NCBI RefSeq assembly: GCF_964213995.1
Contig: NC_135825.1
Coordinates: forward strand, 12,338,001 to 12,402,000
Direction of reading: 5' to 3'
From: Mustelus asterias
Lineage: Eukaryota
Length of the DNA: 64,000 nt
The notes below the pieces were generated by a model. That model worked only from the letters and a program-made list of their open reading frames with translations, was not told the origin of the DNA and searched no databases. This document shows positions 49,791-62,965 of this stretch, piece after piece (position 1 is the first letter of the stretch; each line of letters begins with the position of its first letter). The translations under genes were made by a program, and so were the position numbers.

Positions 49791-52386
49791 TTGTCAGAGA
49801 AAAGGAAACAGAAAGGTGAGGGTGCACGGTAGCACAGTCGGGCGGCACGGTGGCACAGTGGTTAGCACTACTGCCTCACAGCGCCAGGGACCCGGGTTCG
49901 ATTCTGGCCTTGGGTCACTGTCCGTGTGGAGACTGCATGTTCTCCCCATGTCTGCGTGGGTTTCCTCCGGGTGCTTCACAACAATCTTCTGATTAGAATG
50001 AGGAAGCAGAATTATAGACACCAATCCCAGCCTCCTTCTGCACTGTCGGGATTTTATGAGAAAGATAAGCTGTAGATAGAATGAGAGTGGGCTCCTGTGG
50101 ACTATAAAAATAGATGGACGGAATGGGCTGTTTCTGTGTTGTACGTCTCATGTAATACTATTCAAATTCTTGCTAGTGTTTCTAAGTGCGTGTAGTTTTA
50201 CTCATTGTCATCGGAGAGCATTCTTTTCAAACAGGTACAGCTTGTTTTAGTCTGAGATTCTCATTGAACTATTTTAAATGGATGTACAATTTGAGCATTT
50301 ATCTGCTAAAACTAAAACTGCGGTTTCACTGTATCTTTATGTTCATGAGGATTGATACACGGCACGTTATACTCTAAATGTTACAAACAAATAAAATGCA
50401 ATGATAATATGAGCAACTATAACTTTGTCAATACAATGAGTACAAACAAAGCACTACAACAATAACTTGTATTTAGAAAGTGCATTTACCTGCCCAGAAC
50501 TGAACACAATGGATGACTAACCAATGCTTCATAAAGGTGAAGCATCGCTTCTTTGTTTTTGTAACTCTGTCCCTCTATCAATAAACCCAAGGATCTGAAA
50601 TGTGTTTTTCATTAACAATCTTCTCAGCTTGTCCTTCCACCTTCACTCATATACGCAGTGGAGCTGTCAAACGGTGTCGGTGAATACTGTAAAACCCTTC
50701 ACTAAACAACTGGAAAAAATGTCTTGCATTTATCAGTGCCTTCGCCTCAGAACATCCCCAAGCACCTTACTGCCAGTAACGTACTTTGGAAGAATAGCTG
50801 CAGGAAGCACAGTAGTCAATTTGTGCACAGCAAGATCCCACAAAGTGCAAAGTAAAATTGGTGAATTTTCTCCTTCCGTCCGCCACAGGAATAGTAACGG
50901 GTGGGGGGCAGACCATGGGAGGATCCGTTGACCTCGGGGTGGGATTTTCCGGTTTTCATGGCGAGTGCGGCTGGAAAATCATGCCCATAATCACCAGATA
51001 ATCTGTTTCTCGGCGATGTTGATGGAGAGATAAATCTTGGCCAGGGCACCAAATTGGCCAAGATAACGTCTACATCGATAAAGGTTACAGTGAAGAATGC
51101 TAAGATTCAAAGCTGTTCAGCCAACAACTTCCAGCTTGATCACTGTGTGAAACTAGACAATCGAGAATAAAGCTCCCAGTGTGAAACATGCAGCTCTGAT
51201 AAAGTACATTCAACCACAAGTATTCAGAGTGAAACTTTATTTCCTCTGAAGGCAGAGTGTCTTTCTCTGAAGGCAGGAACTTTCGCAGTAAAATATTGAT
51301 CGCAATATTTTGTAAAGAGAATTAATTTATCCGACCTGTGAGCAGGAATGGTGAATTTTATTCAGGAATGGTAAATGCTGTTTTTTTATAATTACTCTGG
51401 AGTTCTGCGATGAACACCACTGGAAAACCCCAAACTCACTGAGAGAGACACTGGGGGGCTGATTTCACCAGAATTTGGCAGATTCTTAGTTCCAGTGAGA
51501 AATCTCCAAATCTTACCAAAAAAGAAACGGGGCGGGGGGGGGGGGGGGGGCGGGGAGGGGAGGTGAGGGGGGGTGGGGGTTGGACGGGGGGGGTGGGGCT
51601 CAACCCATCGGCAAAGCCCGGTTGCACTGAGCTCGGGGTGCCATGTTTAAACGGCACTCTGACCAGATGAAAAAACCTCCGCCTGCCCCTCCCCCGCTAT
51701 GAGCTTCTCACTGGGGTCCACCCCAGCACTGCCACCTGGCACAGCTTGGCACAGCCAGGTGGCCCTGCCTGATTGGCATGGTGCCAACCTGGCATTGCCA
51801 ACATGTGCCAAGGGTATGCCAGGGGCATTGCCAGGCCACTGCCTGACCTTGTGCCTCTACCCCCAGAGCTGTACTCACCTTTACACCCCTGAAGGATGTC
51901 CCCACAACAGGTTCATGTCTGGGTGAAGCTGTCGTAAATCCTGCCAGTCAATATCTGTGGAGAGGGGTGTTTAATTACATGGAAATATTCTCAAATGCAG
52001 GAGAAGTTATTTCCAATTGCATTTCATTTTGACTGATGTTACAATCACTTGACTGTGGAGGAAAAAAGTAGCAATTACAACATAACTTGATAGAACTGGA
52101 CATGAAAATTCATTTCGTTACAAATGGAAATTGATCACATCTCCTGCTTTGTTGGGGTTCTGTTTACAGCTATTATAATATCCATAACCACCCCATGAAA
52201 CACCAGAGACAATCACATTAACCTGATCAGAAAACACTTCCTGAAAGCCTTGCAACTGAAACTTCACCGTCTGAATCATGGACGTTATCTTTCAGGAGGT
52301 CAGGTGATGAAGGATATAACTGGAACCAATCTTTACCTGCTTTTATAAGTATTACAAAGTTGTAGATTACAAACAACCCAATGAAT

Positions 52387-52705
52387 GGGGCAACAAGGTG
52401 GCACAGTTGTTAACACTGCTGCCTCACAGTGCCAGGGAGCCGGGTTCAATTCCGGCCTCGGGTTCTTCTCTGTGTGGAGTTTGCACATTCTCCCCATGTC
52501 TGCATGGGTTTCCTCCGGGTGCTCTGGTTTCCTCCCACACCCAAAGAAGTGTGAGTTAGCTTGATTGGCCATGGAAAATTGCCCCTTAGTGTCAGGGGTA
52601 CTAGCAGGGTAAATATATGGGGATAGAGTCTGGGTGAGATTGTGGGCGGTGCATACTTGATGGGCCAAATGGCCTCCTTTTGCACTGTAGAAATTCTATA
52701 ATTCT
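52387..52705 (+). mobile_element. HE1-like SINE
   Basis: tRNA-like A/B boxes (ggtggcacagttgttaacac; ggttcaattcc) and an attcta tandem tail. Confidence 0.8.
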
Positions 52706-53449
52706 ATGAATAGCGTTTTAAAATGTTTCCATGGGGTGTGGGTATTGCCGGCAAGGGCAGTATTTGTTACCCATCCCCTAATTGCCCAAATAGCAAAACA
52801 GGTCATTCATGTTACTGTAGATCTGGAATCAATAGAGGCTAGACCAGGTAAGGGTGGTGGATTTCCTTCCCTGAAGTATTCTCTGCATAAAATATTTCCA
52901 TAGTATCAACTTAGCAAGTGCTTGCCAAAGAAGAAGTTACTCATTGATTTCAAGGGAAATTAAAACCAGTTTCACCCCCGCTGTTTGTGGTGGAGTTTAC
53001 TTTCTCAGAACAGCATATTTTGTACCGTCACCGAGATTCTTGATTGCTTGGGGCATAAATGAACCATGGGTGTTGATTTTTGAATTTCCACAGCAGGGTG
53101 GGAGCGAGAGAGAATCCCTCGGACACCCATCCCCTACAGCAACAGTGGGGATGACTTGCAGTAATATTACTGCAATTACTACTACAGATTAAGGGGTCTT
53201 TATTTGTGAATCTAATAAAGTAGGAAATATTTCTGAGGGAATGGAAGAATAATTTTAACTGTCCAAATGTTTTCTTGTGTGTTTATATTTTTCTTTTGTT
53301 GATAAATGTAGTGAATTAATATTTAAAATCCCAAAAAAGTATTACCAGAATCTGTGGCTCCTGACTTCAGTATATGTGTCTTCTTGTAGCAAAATACAAA
53401 AGGAAAATGGTTGTGATAGCTTGCAAAGTTTCTTTTCAGGATTTGGTTT

Positions 53450-53737
53450 GCGCGTTGCCAGGGACCCGGGTTCAATTCCGCCCTGAGGTCACTATCTGTG
53501 TTGAGTTTGCACGTTGTCCCCGTGTCTGCATGGGCTTCTGCGTGGGTGCCCCGGTTTCCTCCCACACTCCAAAGATGTGCAGGTCAGGATGATTGGCCAT
53601 GCTAAATTTCCCCTTAGTATCAGGGGAACTCGCAAGGTAAATACATGGGGTTACAGGGATAGAGCCTGGGTGGGATTGTTGTTGGCGCAGGCTCGATGGG
53701 CCAAATGGCCTCCCTCTGTACTGTAAGGATTCTATGA
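53450..53737 (+). mobile_element. HE1-like SINE, slightly 5'-truncated
   Basis: gccagggacccgggttcaattcc..ggcctccctctgtactgtaaggattctatga. Confidence 0.8.
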
Positions 53738-55070
53738 CATTTAGCTCCTGCCAGATCATAACAGATAGAAGAGGCACCAAGTTACTCCACTAGCTGCCTA
53801 TCCATTGATGGTGAATGGGGAGGTTCAAACCAACATTACTCTTGTGGATGGGCTGTAGTTTGCACCTGCAGTCTCCTCTCAGGGCAATGTAAATGATGGC
53901 AGCAACTTCTCCAACCCTCTGCCGGTGCCTGTTGTATCCAATGAGGCTGTGATGACTGAAGAGATCCCAGCCATGGCACTGGGATCTCCCACCCCAACAG
54001 GGCCTGCACAGGCTCCACTGGCCAACAGGGGGCTTCCAAGCTTATCAAGACCACAGGGCATCAGAGTCAGCAGGTTATCCCCAATCTAGGGAGCCACCAG
54101 GACAGAATGTTGGCAAATGGAAATTTAAATCACTCTGATCACCATCATCGACTCTGGGTATAGCCTGTCCCACCGGCAGGACAGACCCAGCAGATGTGGC
54201 AGCAGCACAGCGGTGTAACAGTCTGGAGGGAGTTAACCTGGGTGTCCACAATATCAGCTCTGCACACCTTTGATTGTGGTATTGCACTTCCACTTCTGCA
54301 TGTGCCTGCCAAACAAAAAATTGCGAGGTGGCGCGATGATGTTGCCCTCCAAACATAATCGCGTGCCATTCCTTGGGTGATCAGGAGTGCCACACGCCCA
54401 CTTCCAGAGCTCAAAATTCAGGTCAATGTTTAAGCAATGTGTCATTCACCAGGATCATTCATCGCCATCGATGTCATGGGAAATACACGGCCCCATGTCA
54501 CAGGACGTTGAGTTGTTGTATCCTCAATTTGGAATTGAGTCCTCCTCCCAGTTACTCAATCACAGTTTCCTTTCACCCAGAGCCTTCTCTCTGTGCATTG
54601 AGATCCTTTCCTGACTGAATTCTGCCTCAGAACGTGTGTGTGGATAAATGGAGCAGGGGGTGTTCTTCTGCTGCACATCAAGGAGCTCAGATCTCCTCAC
54701 CCTGACAGGATTGTTACTCTGTACGAATAACAAGATTCACATTCAGCAAATCAGAACAAAATATTAATAAATCTCCATGTTCCATTCGTGAAATAACTCA
54801 CATCAGGAAAAAAATACTTGTTTCACTGAGGAGTTGATGGAATGTTAATAACAATGGAGGAGGGCATGTTCTAACTCCCCTCACTATTAATTATAAAGCT
54901 TTGCTTGGGCCAATATTATCCATAGGCTCTGACTTTCAAACACCTTGTTTCCACAATTTTACATTCGTTCAACAATAATTACTTTCATTCTTCTGCTAAA
55001 TATAACTGACAGAACTTCAGGTTCTGAGGAGCCAGATTTTGTGAAGAGGCTGATTGTGGTTTCATGACCC

Positions 55071-55096
55071 GACTTCCTGCTATTTTCTTCCTCATT
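55071..55096. promoter_or_regulatory. Candidate ETS/PU.1 sites upstream of leader 2 (conserved at 58111-58136 upstream of leader 3)
   Basis: ACTTCCTG and CTTCCTC (reverse GAGGAAG) cores retained in both duplicated promoters about 100-120 bp before the ATG. Confidence 0.4.
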
Positions 55097-55194
55097 TAAA
55101 TTTCAGATACAATTTATATTTAACACTTATTTCACCGTGAGACACAGGAGCTGGGTGACTGACGACAAACACTGATCTGATCCCCAACAGAACA

Positions 55195-55231
55195 ATGTGG
55201 ATTTTGATTCTCCTCATTAGCTCTCTGCCCG
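55195..55231 (+). CDS. Paralogous receptor leader exon 2 (MWILILLISSLP-G); orphan or alternative first exon
   Basis: Same 37-nt length, phase and gtgagt donor as 959-995; no Ig exon found before the next leader. Confidence 0.7.
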
Positions 55232-55844
55232 GTGAGTAACAGCCAGAGCTGGATAGTCAGATAATCAGTCTTAGTTTAACTCTAGTCTACAGCTTATACA
55301 GCAGAGACGTTTAAATATTTAGCGGCAGGGCATGGATAGCCGGAGAATTCCAGAATCTGTATCTGGCCAGCCATTTTTCAGGCTCAATAGGCATTCTATG
55401 TCATCGAAGAGACAAGACCCCACATGATAATCTGGTAAGTATAATAAATATGAACATGAATAATTGGAAATTTTCAAAGCTGTATGATATAGAACTTGCT
55501 GAGAATTTACAGCAGGAATAGGCCATTCAGCCACCTGCTCGATGCTGGTCTTAAGCTTCATTTGAGTCTCCTCCCACCCCTCTCCATCTCAAACTATCTC
55601 CATATCCTTCTGTCTCTTTCTCCCTTGTGTGATTATCTGGCCTTCCCTGTAGTGCAGTAATGCTAAATGACTCAATTTACAGGGAAGGGATAAAGAATTC
55701 AGGAGAAACATCTTTACCGAGAGAGCGTCACGATATGAAATTCATTACCATAAAAGGTTAATTGAAGGAAATAGCATAAATACATTCAGGGGAAACTGAA
55801 TAAATAGTTGAGGGGGGGAAAGAAATAGAAAGGGGTTAGACAAA

Positions 55845-56610
55845 AAGGGGAAGGCTTTGCGGATGACACAAAGCTGGGTGTGGAGGGTGAGCTGTGAGGA
55901 GGATGCAGAGATGCATCATTGTGATTTGGACAAGTTGAGTGAGTGAGCAAATGCATGGCTGGTGCAGTGTAATGTGGATCAACGTGAGGTTATCCACTTT
56001 GGTAGCAAAAACAGGAAGGCTGATTATTATCTGAATGGCTATTGATTGGGGGAGGGGAATGTGCAACAAGACCTTGGTGTCCTTGTACACCAGTCGCTGA
56101 AAGTAAGCAAGCAGGTGCAGCAAGTGGTAAAGATGGCAAATAGTATGTTGGTTTTCATAGCAAGAGGATTCGAGTGCAGGAGCAGCAATTTAAAGTTTAA
56201 AGTTTATTTATTAGTGTCACAAGTAGGCTTACATTAACACTGCAATGAAGTTACTGTTAAAAGGAATGTCTTGCTGCAGTTTTACCAGTCTCACTTGGTG
56301 AGACCATACCTGGATTACTGTGTGCAGGTTTAGTCTCCTTATCTGAGGAAGGATGTTCTTGTTATGGATGGAGTGCAGCTAAGGTTAACCAGACTGATTC
56401 CTGGGATGGCGGGACTAACAAATGAAGAGAGATCGAATTGGTTAGGATTCTAATGGCTGGAATTTAGAAGAATGAGGGGGAAATCGCATAAAAACCTATA
56501 AAATTCTAACATGACTAGACAAGATAGATGCATGAAGGAATTTCCCAATGGTGGGGGTGTCCAGAACCAGGGGTTAGAGTCTAAGGATACGGGATAAACC
56601 ATTTAGGGCT
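55845..56610 (+). mobile_element. CR1 LINE fragment
   Basis: QQDLGVLVHQSLKVSKQVQQVVKMANSMLVFIARGFE, CR1 ORF2; contains a short nested repeat at ~56190-56258. Confidence 0.85.
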
Positions 56611-58234
56611 GAGGGTTAACCAGCTTAATATTCTCATTGTTTGAGGAAAGTGTCATTCTCCAGCCTCACTCATCGCCAACTACATCTAGGGAAATACACA
56701 GCCCCGTGTCAGGGAGTTGAGCAGAGGTATCCTTACATTGGAATTGAGTCTGCCTCCCAGTTACTCAATCACAATTTACTTTTGCCCAGAGAATTTTCTC
56801 TGTGAATTGAGATACTTTTCTGCCTGAAATCTGCCTCATAATTTGTTTGTGGATCTGATACATGGAGCAGCGAAGGTTGTTCTACTCCATATCAGGTCTC
56901 CTCACCCTGACAGAATTGTTGCTCATCACCAACAATAAGATTGAGATTAAGCAAATTAAAACAAATTATCAATTAAACTTAATATTTAAGTGATTTTCAT
57001 AAAAGCTGTTGTGGGGCTGTTTTTGCTCAATCCTTTATCTTGCTGGAGACTTTGTTCCCTTCAAGTAGCCAGACCAGGTTTCAGAGTTTTAAATCACCTG
57101 TTTATTGGTAGCTATAGTAAGAGCCATAGCACTCCAGCTAGTGGCAAGCCAGAGCCCTGAATGCACAAACAGATATATTTCCAGTTTTGATTACAAATAA
57201 TAAACACATACCAATCAGAAGTATGCATTTCTATAGGAGTTATTTCTGTCCACTCACAACCATGGATTAAGGTTACATCATACATGAGATACAAATGTTA
57301 AAAACCAGTCACAACCTTTGTATATTATCCAATCCATGTAAAAGTTTGAATATGCGAGGTGACCCTTGCACATTGTCCTTAACACCCAGTTTATGTCTAT
57401 ATTTGTGGATATCAATTACCTCTCCCATGTCCAGATATCTGACTTAATGAATTCTCTCAGACAATGTGCTCACCTTGAAACTGGAAAATCCCACCCGAGT
57501 TCAACAGACCTTTCCATGGTCCGAATCTTTGTCCACTACAATTCCCGTGGCAGGTGGAATGGGAAAATTTGCCTCTATGAGTCTTAGATAGATAAACAAA
57601 CCGAGACTCTAGTGTCGTCTCCCTCTGTTATTTGTAGGCCCTTTAGTTGTCTGGACAGGCACTCATTGTTTTCTCATCTGTCAGGGTTGCCCTCTGTGAG
57701 GTTTTCTGCTTGAGAACTGACATCTAAAATTATGTCCTTGAATCTTTACTTGCAGCTGGCAGGAGTTATGATTTTCTGCTAAGCTTAGTTATTAAACCCT
57801 TTAACTGAACATGACTATTATTATAGCCACTAACCCTCTTCAAATCAAAAATACTTGTTTTACAGAGGGGGACGTGGACTTTTTATAAGATGGAAGGGGG
57901 CTGGCTCTAACTTGCCTCCTAATTCGGTGGGAATAATTAACTTGTTCACCATTTTCCATCTATTCTAACTTTTTATGACTGTTTCATTGTTCAGGATTTT
58001 ATATTCTTTCAATGCAAGCTGGTGTAGTTCTTTTGTTAGAGGTGACTAACAGAAATTCAAGATCTTACGGGCCAGATTTCATCATCTGGATTACTGAGCT
58101 TTCATAACATAACTTCCTGTTGTCTTCTTCCTCATTTAAATTCCTTCTACAATTTATATTTTACACTTATTTCAATGTAAGACACAGGAGCTGGGTGACT
58201 GACGACAAGCACTGATCTGATCTCCAACACAACG

Positions 58235-58271
58235 ATGTGGATTTTGATTCTCCTCATTTGCTCTCTGCCTG
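58235..58271 (+). CDS. Paralogous receptor gene 2 exon 1: signal peptide (MWILILLICSLP-G); rest of gene presumably beyond the window
   Basis: Homologous to 959-995, including the 5' flank (gagctgggtgac.gacga) and continuing intron-1 similarity. Confidence 0.82.
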
Positions 58272-58382
58272 GTGAGTAACAGCCAGAGCTGGATAGTCAG
58301 ATAATCAGTGTTAGTTTAACTCTAGTCCACAGGTTATACGGCAGAGATGTTTAAATATTTGGAGACGTGTAAAGGCACAAAA

Positions 58383-58723
58383 GGCGGTTTTGTGTTGCAG
58401 TGGGTAGAGTCTCTGTATCTGAGCCTGAAGCTCCAGGTTCGAGTCTTGCTCCTGCTATTGATGGGAATGGAAGGTGGGTTCTAACAAGGCCAAACAGTTT
58501 GATTATCGACCTGAAAACTGTTCCAATACGCTGAAGGCAGGTGGTAAGAGGGAGAGATACTCAGTCAGCAATGTCTTGATGTGGAGTGATGTCCCTCATG
58601 CTATAGTCTCTGACTTTAGGCTTGTGACCAGGACCAGGAAGGACAAGCTATTGGAAACAGACACACACATTTGCTTTGTCTGCCTCATGTATCTCCAGAT
58701 TTGGGAAGTCTCCTAAGTCTAAT
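58383..58723 (+). mobile_element. tRNA-derived SINE (different family)
   Basis: A/B-box head (gcagtgggtag..ggttcgagtc), 9-bp TSD GGCACAAAA (58374-58382, 58724-58732); absent from the homologous intron of gene 1. Confidence 0.75.
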
Positions 58724-59649
58724 GGCACAAAATACTTCGAAAATATAAATGAATAATATTTATGATGTATTGTATCTCCTCGTGAATATGTTAGCACAAC
58801 ATGCATACATTCACCAAATAAAGTAAATTGCATTATTAATTGCGGATAGGAAATTCAGGATAATTTAATTTAAAAAAATCTAAGCAAGCTATACTTAGAA
58901 ATGGAAGCTGTTTTTAATTGGTAATTGTTTGAAATTGTGTGCGGGGAGGTTTCACATTCTCACTTGTCCCGAAACCATAAAATCCCGCCCGAGGTGAATG
59001 GAGCTTCTCACTGTCTGCCCGTCGCCCGCTCCGATTCCCGTGGCGGGCGGGACGGTAAAATTCCAGTGGTTATCTGTTGTGCAATACACACTGAAAACTG
59101 CATAAAACTGGTAATAATCCTACAAACAGAACATGTCTCGCATTTGCAACTGTTTCTGTTGTTTAACGTACAGTTGATCAGATATGATTTTATGAACTTC
59201 TGTCAGTGACAATGCTCCTCTTTCGCAGACAATTCGTTCATAGTCATCTTCCTAATATTTTTCTTTTAATTCTTTAACCTTATTAAACTGGATTTCACTT
59301 TTCACTCCTGCCCATTTTAACATTATCGAATACTACATGGCAATGGAGTTTTTGATCAACATTATCTACTCTCCACCATTTAAAATTGGTCTATTTTCTA
59401 ACTAGCGATGACAAACTCTCTCTTCTTGAATTTCAACTCAACTTGACCAAAATTCCCAGCATGCTTGGTTGTCAATCTTAACAATTCTCATTGTTGCTGT
59501 TGCCATTGGCTACATGGCTACAATCCCTACTCTTGATCCTAGAGTGTGAAGAGAATTGGATCATAAATTGGATCAAATTCCTTCTCACAGGTTAGTCTTA
59601 AACAATGAGCATATTCTCATTATTGTATCCTTGCAAGTAACTAAATTTT

Positions 59650-61851
59650 CACCTATGTAACATCAATTCCATGTTCAACTGTTGAGATCGCTCTATTCAA
59701 TTTAACAAACTGAATCATAAATAATATTAAATAAATTAAAGTACACAATGTTATTAACACTTCAACATGAGACATTAGACAAATCCATGGATGAATCTGC
59801 ATATTTGTACGCCAGTCCCATAAATCGTTCCACCAGTTAGTCCTTTTGATTGGTCTATTTTAATCTCCCCAGTTCTTTGAGCCACTTTAGTAAAAGTTTG
59901 ATCGGCATCAGCAAATTGCATCTTAATTTGTATCAGATTCTCTGGTAAAAGCTAAGTATTAGTGTCATATTTTTCAAAATAGTTACCCAATGTCCCTTTA
60001 AGATCATCTGTAACATTAAAAGAAACTTCCTCTTTCTTATGTATATCAATGAATTCCATACAGCCTATTCCAGCTGGTATTCGAGTTTTAAAGCAAAAAG
60101 TAGCATTGGTCATATTACATATTAATGTACCATATCGATATTCCTTCAGTCAGGAAGTAACACAATATTCTCTTATAAGCTCCCCTTGTAATATTTGTAT
60201 CAAGACTTTTAGCTTCAATTGTACAATCTAACTTCACATCTGCTTTAAAACTACATAAAGCCTCTTCATTAGAATGTATTGGGTAAGGACACATAATTAT
60301 TTCATCTGTTTGTTGACATTTATTAAGATTAGTATCTACTAATCTACCCCTCTTCTCAACTGCTTATGGGAAGATATCATGATACCCTATCCACATGTCC
60401 TTTTCAATAACTCTTACAGTCTCTACTTAAACCAACTTCATCTATTGGAATTTTTGGAATCCCTAAAATCATTCCTCAGGCTTTTCCTAGGACTCCTCGA
60501 CAATTGTTCTCAAACCAAACTCTACTCAGCTGTTAAAATTGACAACTTGATATATTCGGATGTCTCCCTCCATGAATCAAATATTCTAACTGTACATTGT
60601 TAATCCAAGACGGAACCTTTCCCTGGTTAACTTGTTCAAGATTCTACAGAAGTTGTTTTATCATCCAGTTGCCATAAATACTACACAGAGTCCTGTCCTG
60701 CTGTCAGACATCAGCTGTTATTTTTCTTTTAATACGTTGATTTATAGTCTGAGCATGTCCTTCTGATATTGTGACCATATAGTTATCAACTTGATTTTCA
60801 ACTAACTCCCCTTTAGTGTTCAATTGATCATTAGCATTTATGTTAGTTAAAATCTGTTTGATCTTTTGTGTTAAAATTCTTAGTTTATTATCCAAATTGA
60901 CTAGATCAAGTGTTTTAACAGTCGACATGCTCACACCGCAGGCTGTTGCTAAGTCATTGAAAAATTCCCTTTTTTGCTGACTATTTGATTGTAAACCTAC
61001 TTCCCTTTCACTATTCCCTGTCTCTTGTTCTAACAACTTCTGAGTCAAAATGAAAACACAGTTCCCCAATTTGAGAAGGACACCATTCTGGTTGTTGAAT
61101 CCCAGTTCCATCTAACACTTCAGGTATTAATTCATGATGGACATTTTGTATAGAATTTTACCAGCTTCCTCCATAACCAACCCATTTTGTGGTCCTGAGG
61201 TTACTTTAGGACAAGTGTTCACTACAGGTGTAGGTATTGTTGTAGGAGCTACACTAGGTTTAGAAGTGGGAGGTTTAGGTTCTCTCTTTACGTGATCAAA
61301 AACGTAATAATCATCTTCTTTAAGTGATTCCCTGCGAATATCCCTATGTTCATTATCATAAGAAATACCCCAAATTACCCTCTTTAAAACTATTGGTACG
61401 GTGGCACAGCGCTTAGCACTGCTGCCCCACAGCGCCAGGGACCTGGGTTCAATTCCCGGCTTGGGTCACTGTCTGTGCGGATTCTGCATGTTCTCCCCGT
61501 GTCTGCGTGGCTTTCCTCCGGGTGCTTTGGTTTCCTCCCACAGTCAAAAGATGTGCAGGCTAGGTGGGTTGGCCATCCTAAATTGCCCCTTAGCGTCAGG
61601 GGGACTAGCTAGGGTAAATGCATGGGGTTATGGGGATAGGGCCTGGGTGGGATTGTGGTCAGTGCAGACTCAGTGGGCCAAATGGCCTCCTTCTGCACTG
61701 CAGAGATTCTATGATACCCCTTCCATTTTGAGGAAAACAGGTTTTACATAGAATCGCAAAATGTAAACAGGATGGAGATGACAAGATAAAACAACTTTAA
61801 TCTGTGTCAGATTGGATTTGAATCATGTCACAGTAGGAGCTGTTTTACCAT
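59650..61851 (-). pseudogene. env: Degraded viral class I fusion glycoprotein (F-like env) gene
   Basis: Manual translation across stops and frameshifts: signal-like KLFYLVISILFTFC, GPQNGLVMEEAGKILY, cleavage QQKR|EFFNDLATACGVSMSTV, heptad repeat, QGKVPSWI, Cys-rich CQQTDEIIMCP..C..DCTI..YCVTS..C..FCF, WWNDLWDW and a TM segment. Confidence 0.75.
61397..61714 (+). mobile_element. HE1-like SINE inserted in the env remnant
   Basis: Full-length SINE from gtacggtggcacagcgcttagcac to gagattctatga. Confidence 0.8.
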
Positions 61852-62857
61852 CTGACAAAAGAATCTCCCACACATTAATATTCTCATCCGAATATTATCA
61901 ACACATCAAATTCAACCCGTAAACGTCCATTTTCATAACATCCCACTCTCTGTGGAGTAAAGCATAGATCTCCCAGCTGGTCTTCAGTATGTTCATCTCA
62001 AAACACCACCTCCCACGATAATGCATTGATCACCGATCCAAGAAGAATGATTTCCATAAAGAACTCCATCTAAAAACACTCTATAATAGAATCAAGGTTG
62101 TACCTGCTATTATGTCCAGTCTACAACCAGTTCCTAATTTGAACTATTTTAATTTCCAGAAACAGTTGATATACGATGTTTACCAGTTTATGGAGATATT
62201 AATAAGTCAGGACTTTCTTGATATTTGTGAAGAATCGGATTGGGATGATAACATCTCTGGTGAGGCTAAAAGATTTTCCCTCGGAAACCAAGCCTCAAAG
62301 CTAAACCTGAGATGACTAACAATTCATAGGATTAAACCCTTGCAGACTTATTAGTAAGCTACAATTAGAGAGTAAATACACCCCCTACCATAATTCACAG
62401 AGATCCGCACATGGAAGATGAGCCAAACTATCAACTTACATCAAACAATAAAAGCATTGATAAGGTGTTAAAACCAATACTTCACTGATAATTTGTCTAA
62501 ACAAATGAAAATATGTAGGACGATGATGGCTACCAATCAAAAACCATCAAAAATAACATAAGCTACAAGCGTTATTAAAACACAGATCCAAACTACCAAA
62601 ACAAACAGAATGAAAATCAGTTCTTGGGCATCAGAAATGATTAATCCTGGTGAACAGGAATCATCTCATCATTTGGAACTTGCCCAATCGTATCATTCTT
62701 CACCAGATTTCCCTCGTCCTGAATTTCTACAATCTAAACACCTGTTAGCTCATCACTTGTCCCCTTGTTCACATCGAGGGATCTAACTAAACGATTTTGC
62801 TCATCTCATACCCAAGCGAGCTTCACTGATCCCTGTGACAGGGTTGATGCAATATCA

Positions 62858-62965
62858 GACTATCTGTCTGATTATCTGTCCGATTATCTGTCTGATTATC
62901 TGTCCGATTATCTGTCTGATTATCTGTCTGACTATCTGTCTGATTATCTGTCTGATTATCTGTCT
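62858..62965. repeat. Minisatellite, 9 x 12 bp (GAYTATCTGTCY)
   Basis: Direct reading; produces the DYLS/QTDN/RQII repeats in the ORF track. Confidence 0.95.

Noticed and set aside
51530-51600. G-rich tract as a functional G-quadruplex element
   Set aside because: It lies within a GC-rich interspersed repeat-like segment, homopolymer length is unreliable, and there is no link to a gene feature.
52387-52460. tRNA genes at SINE heads
   Set aside because: The A/B-box sequences continue into SINE bodies and tails and are dispersed, diverged copies.
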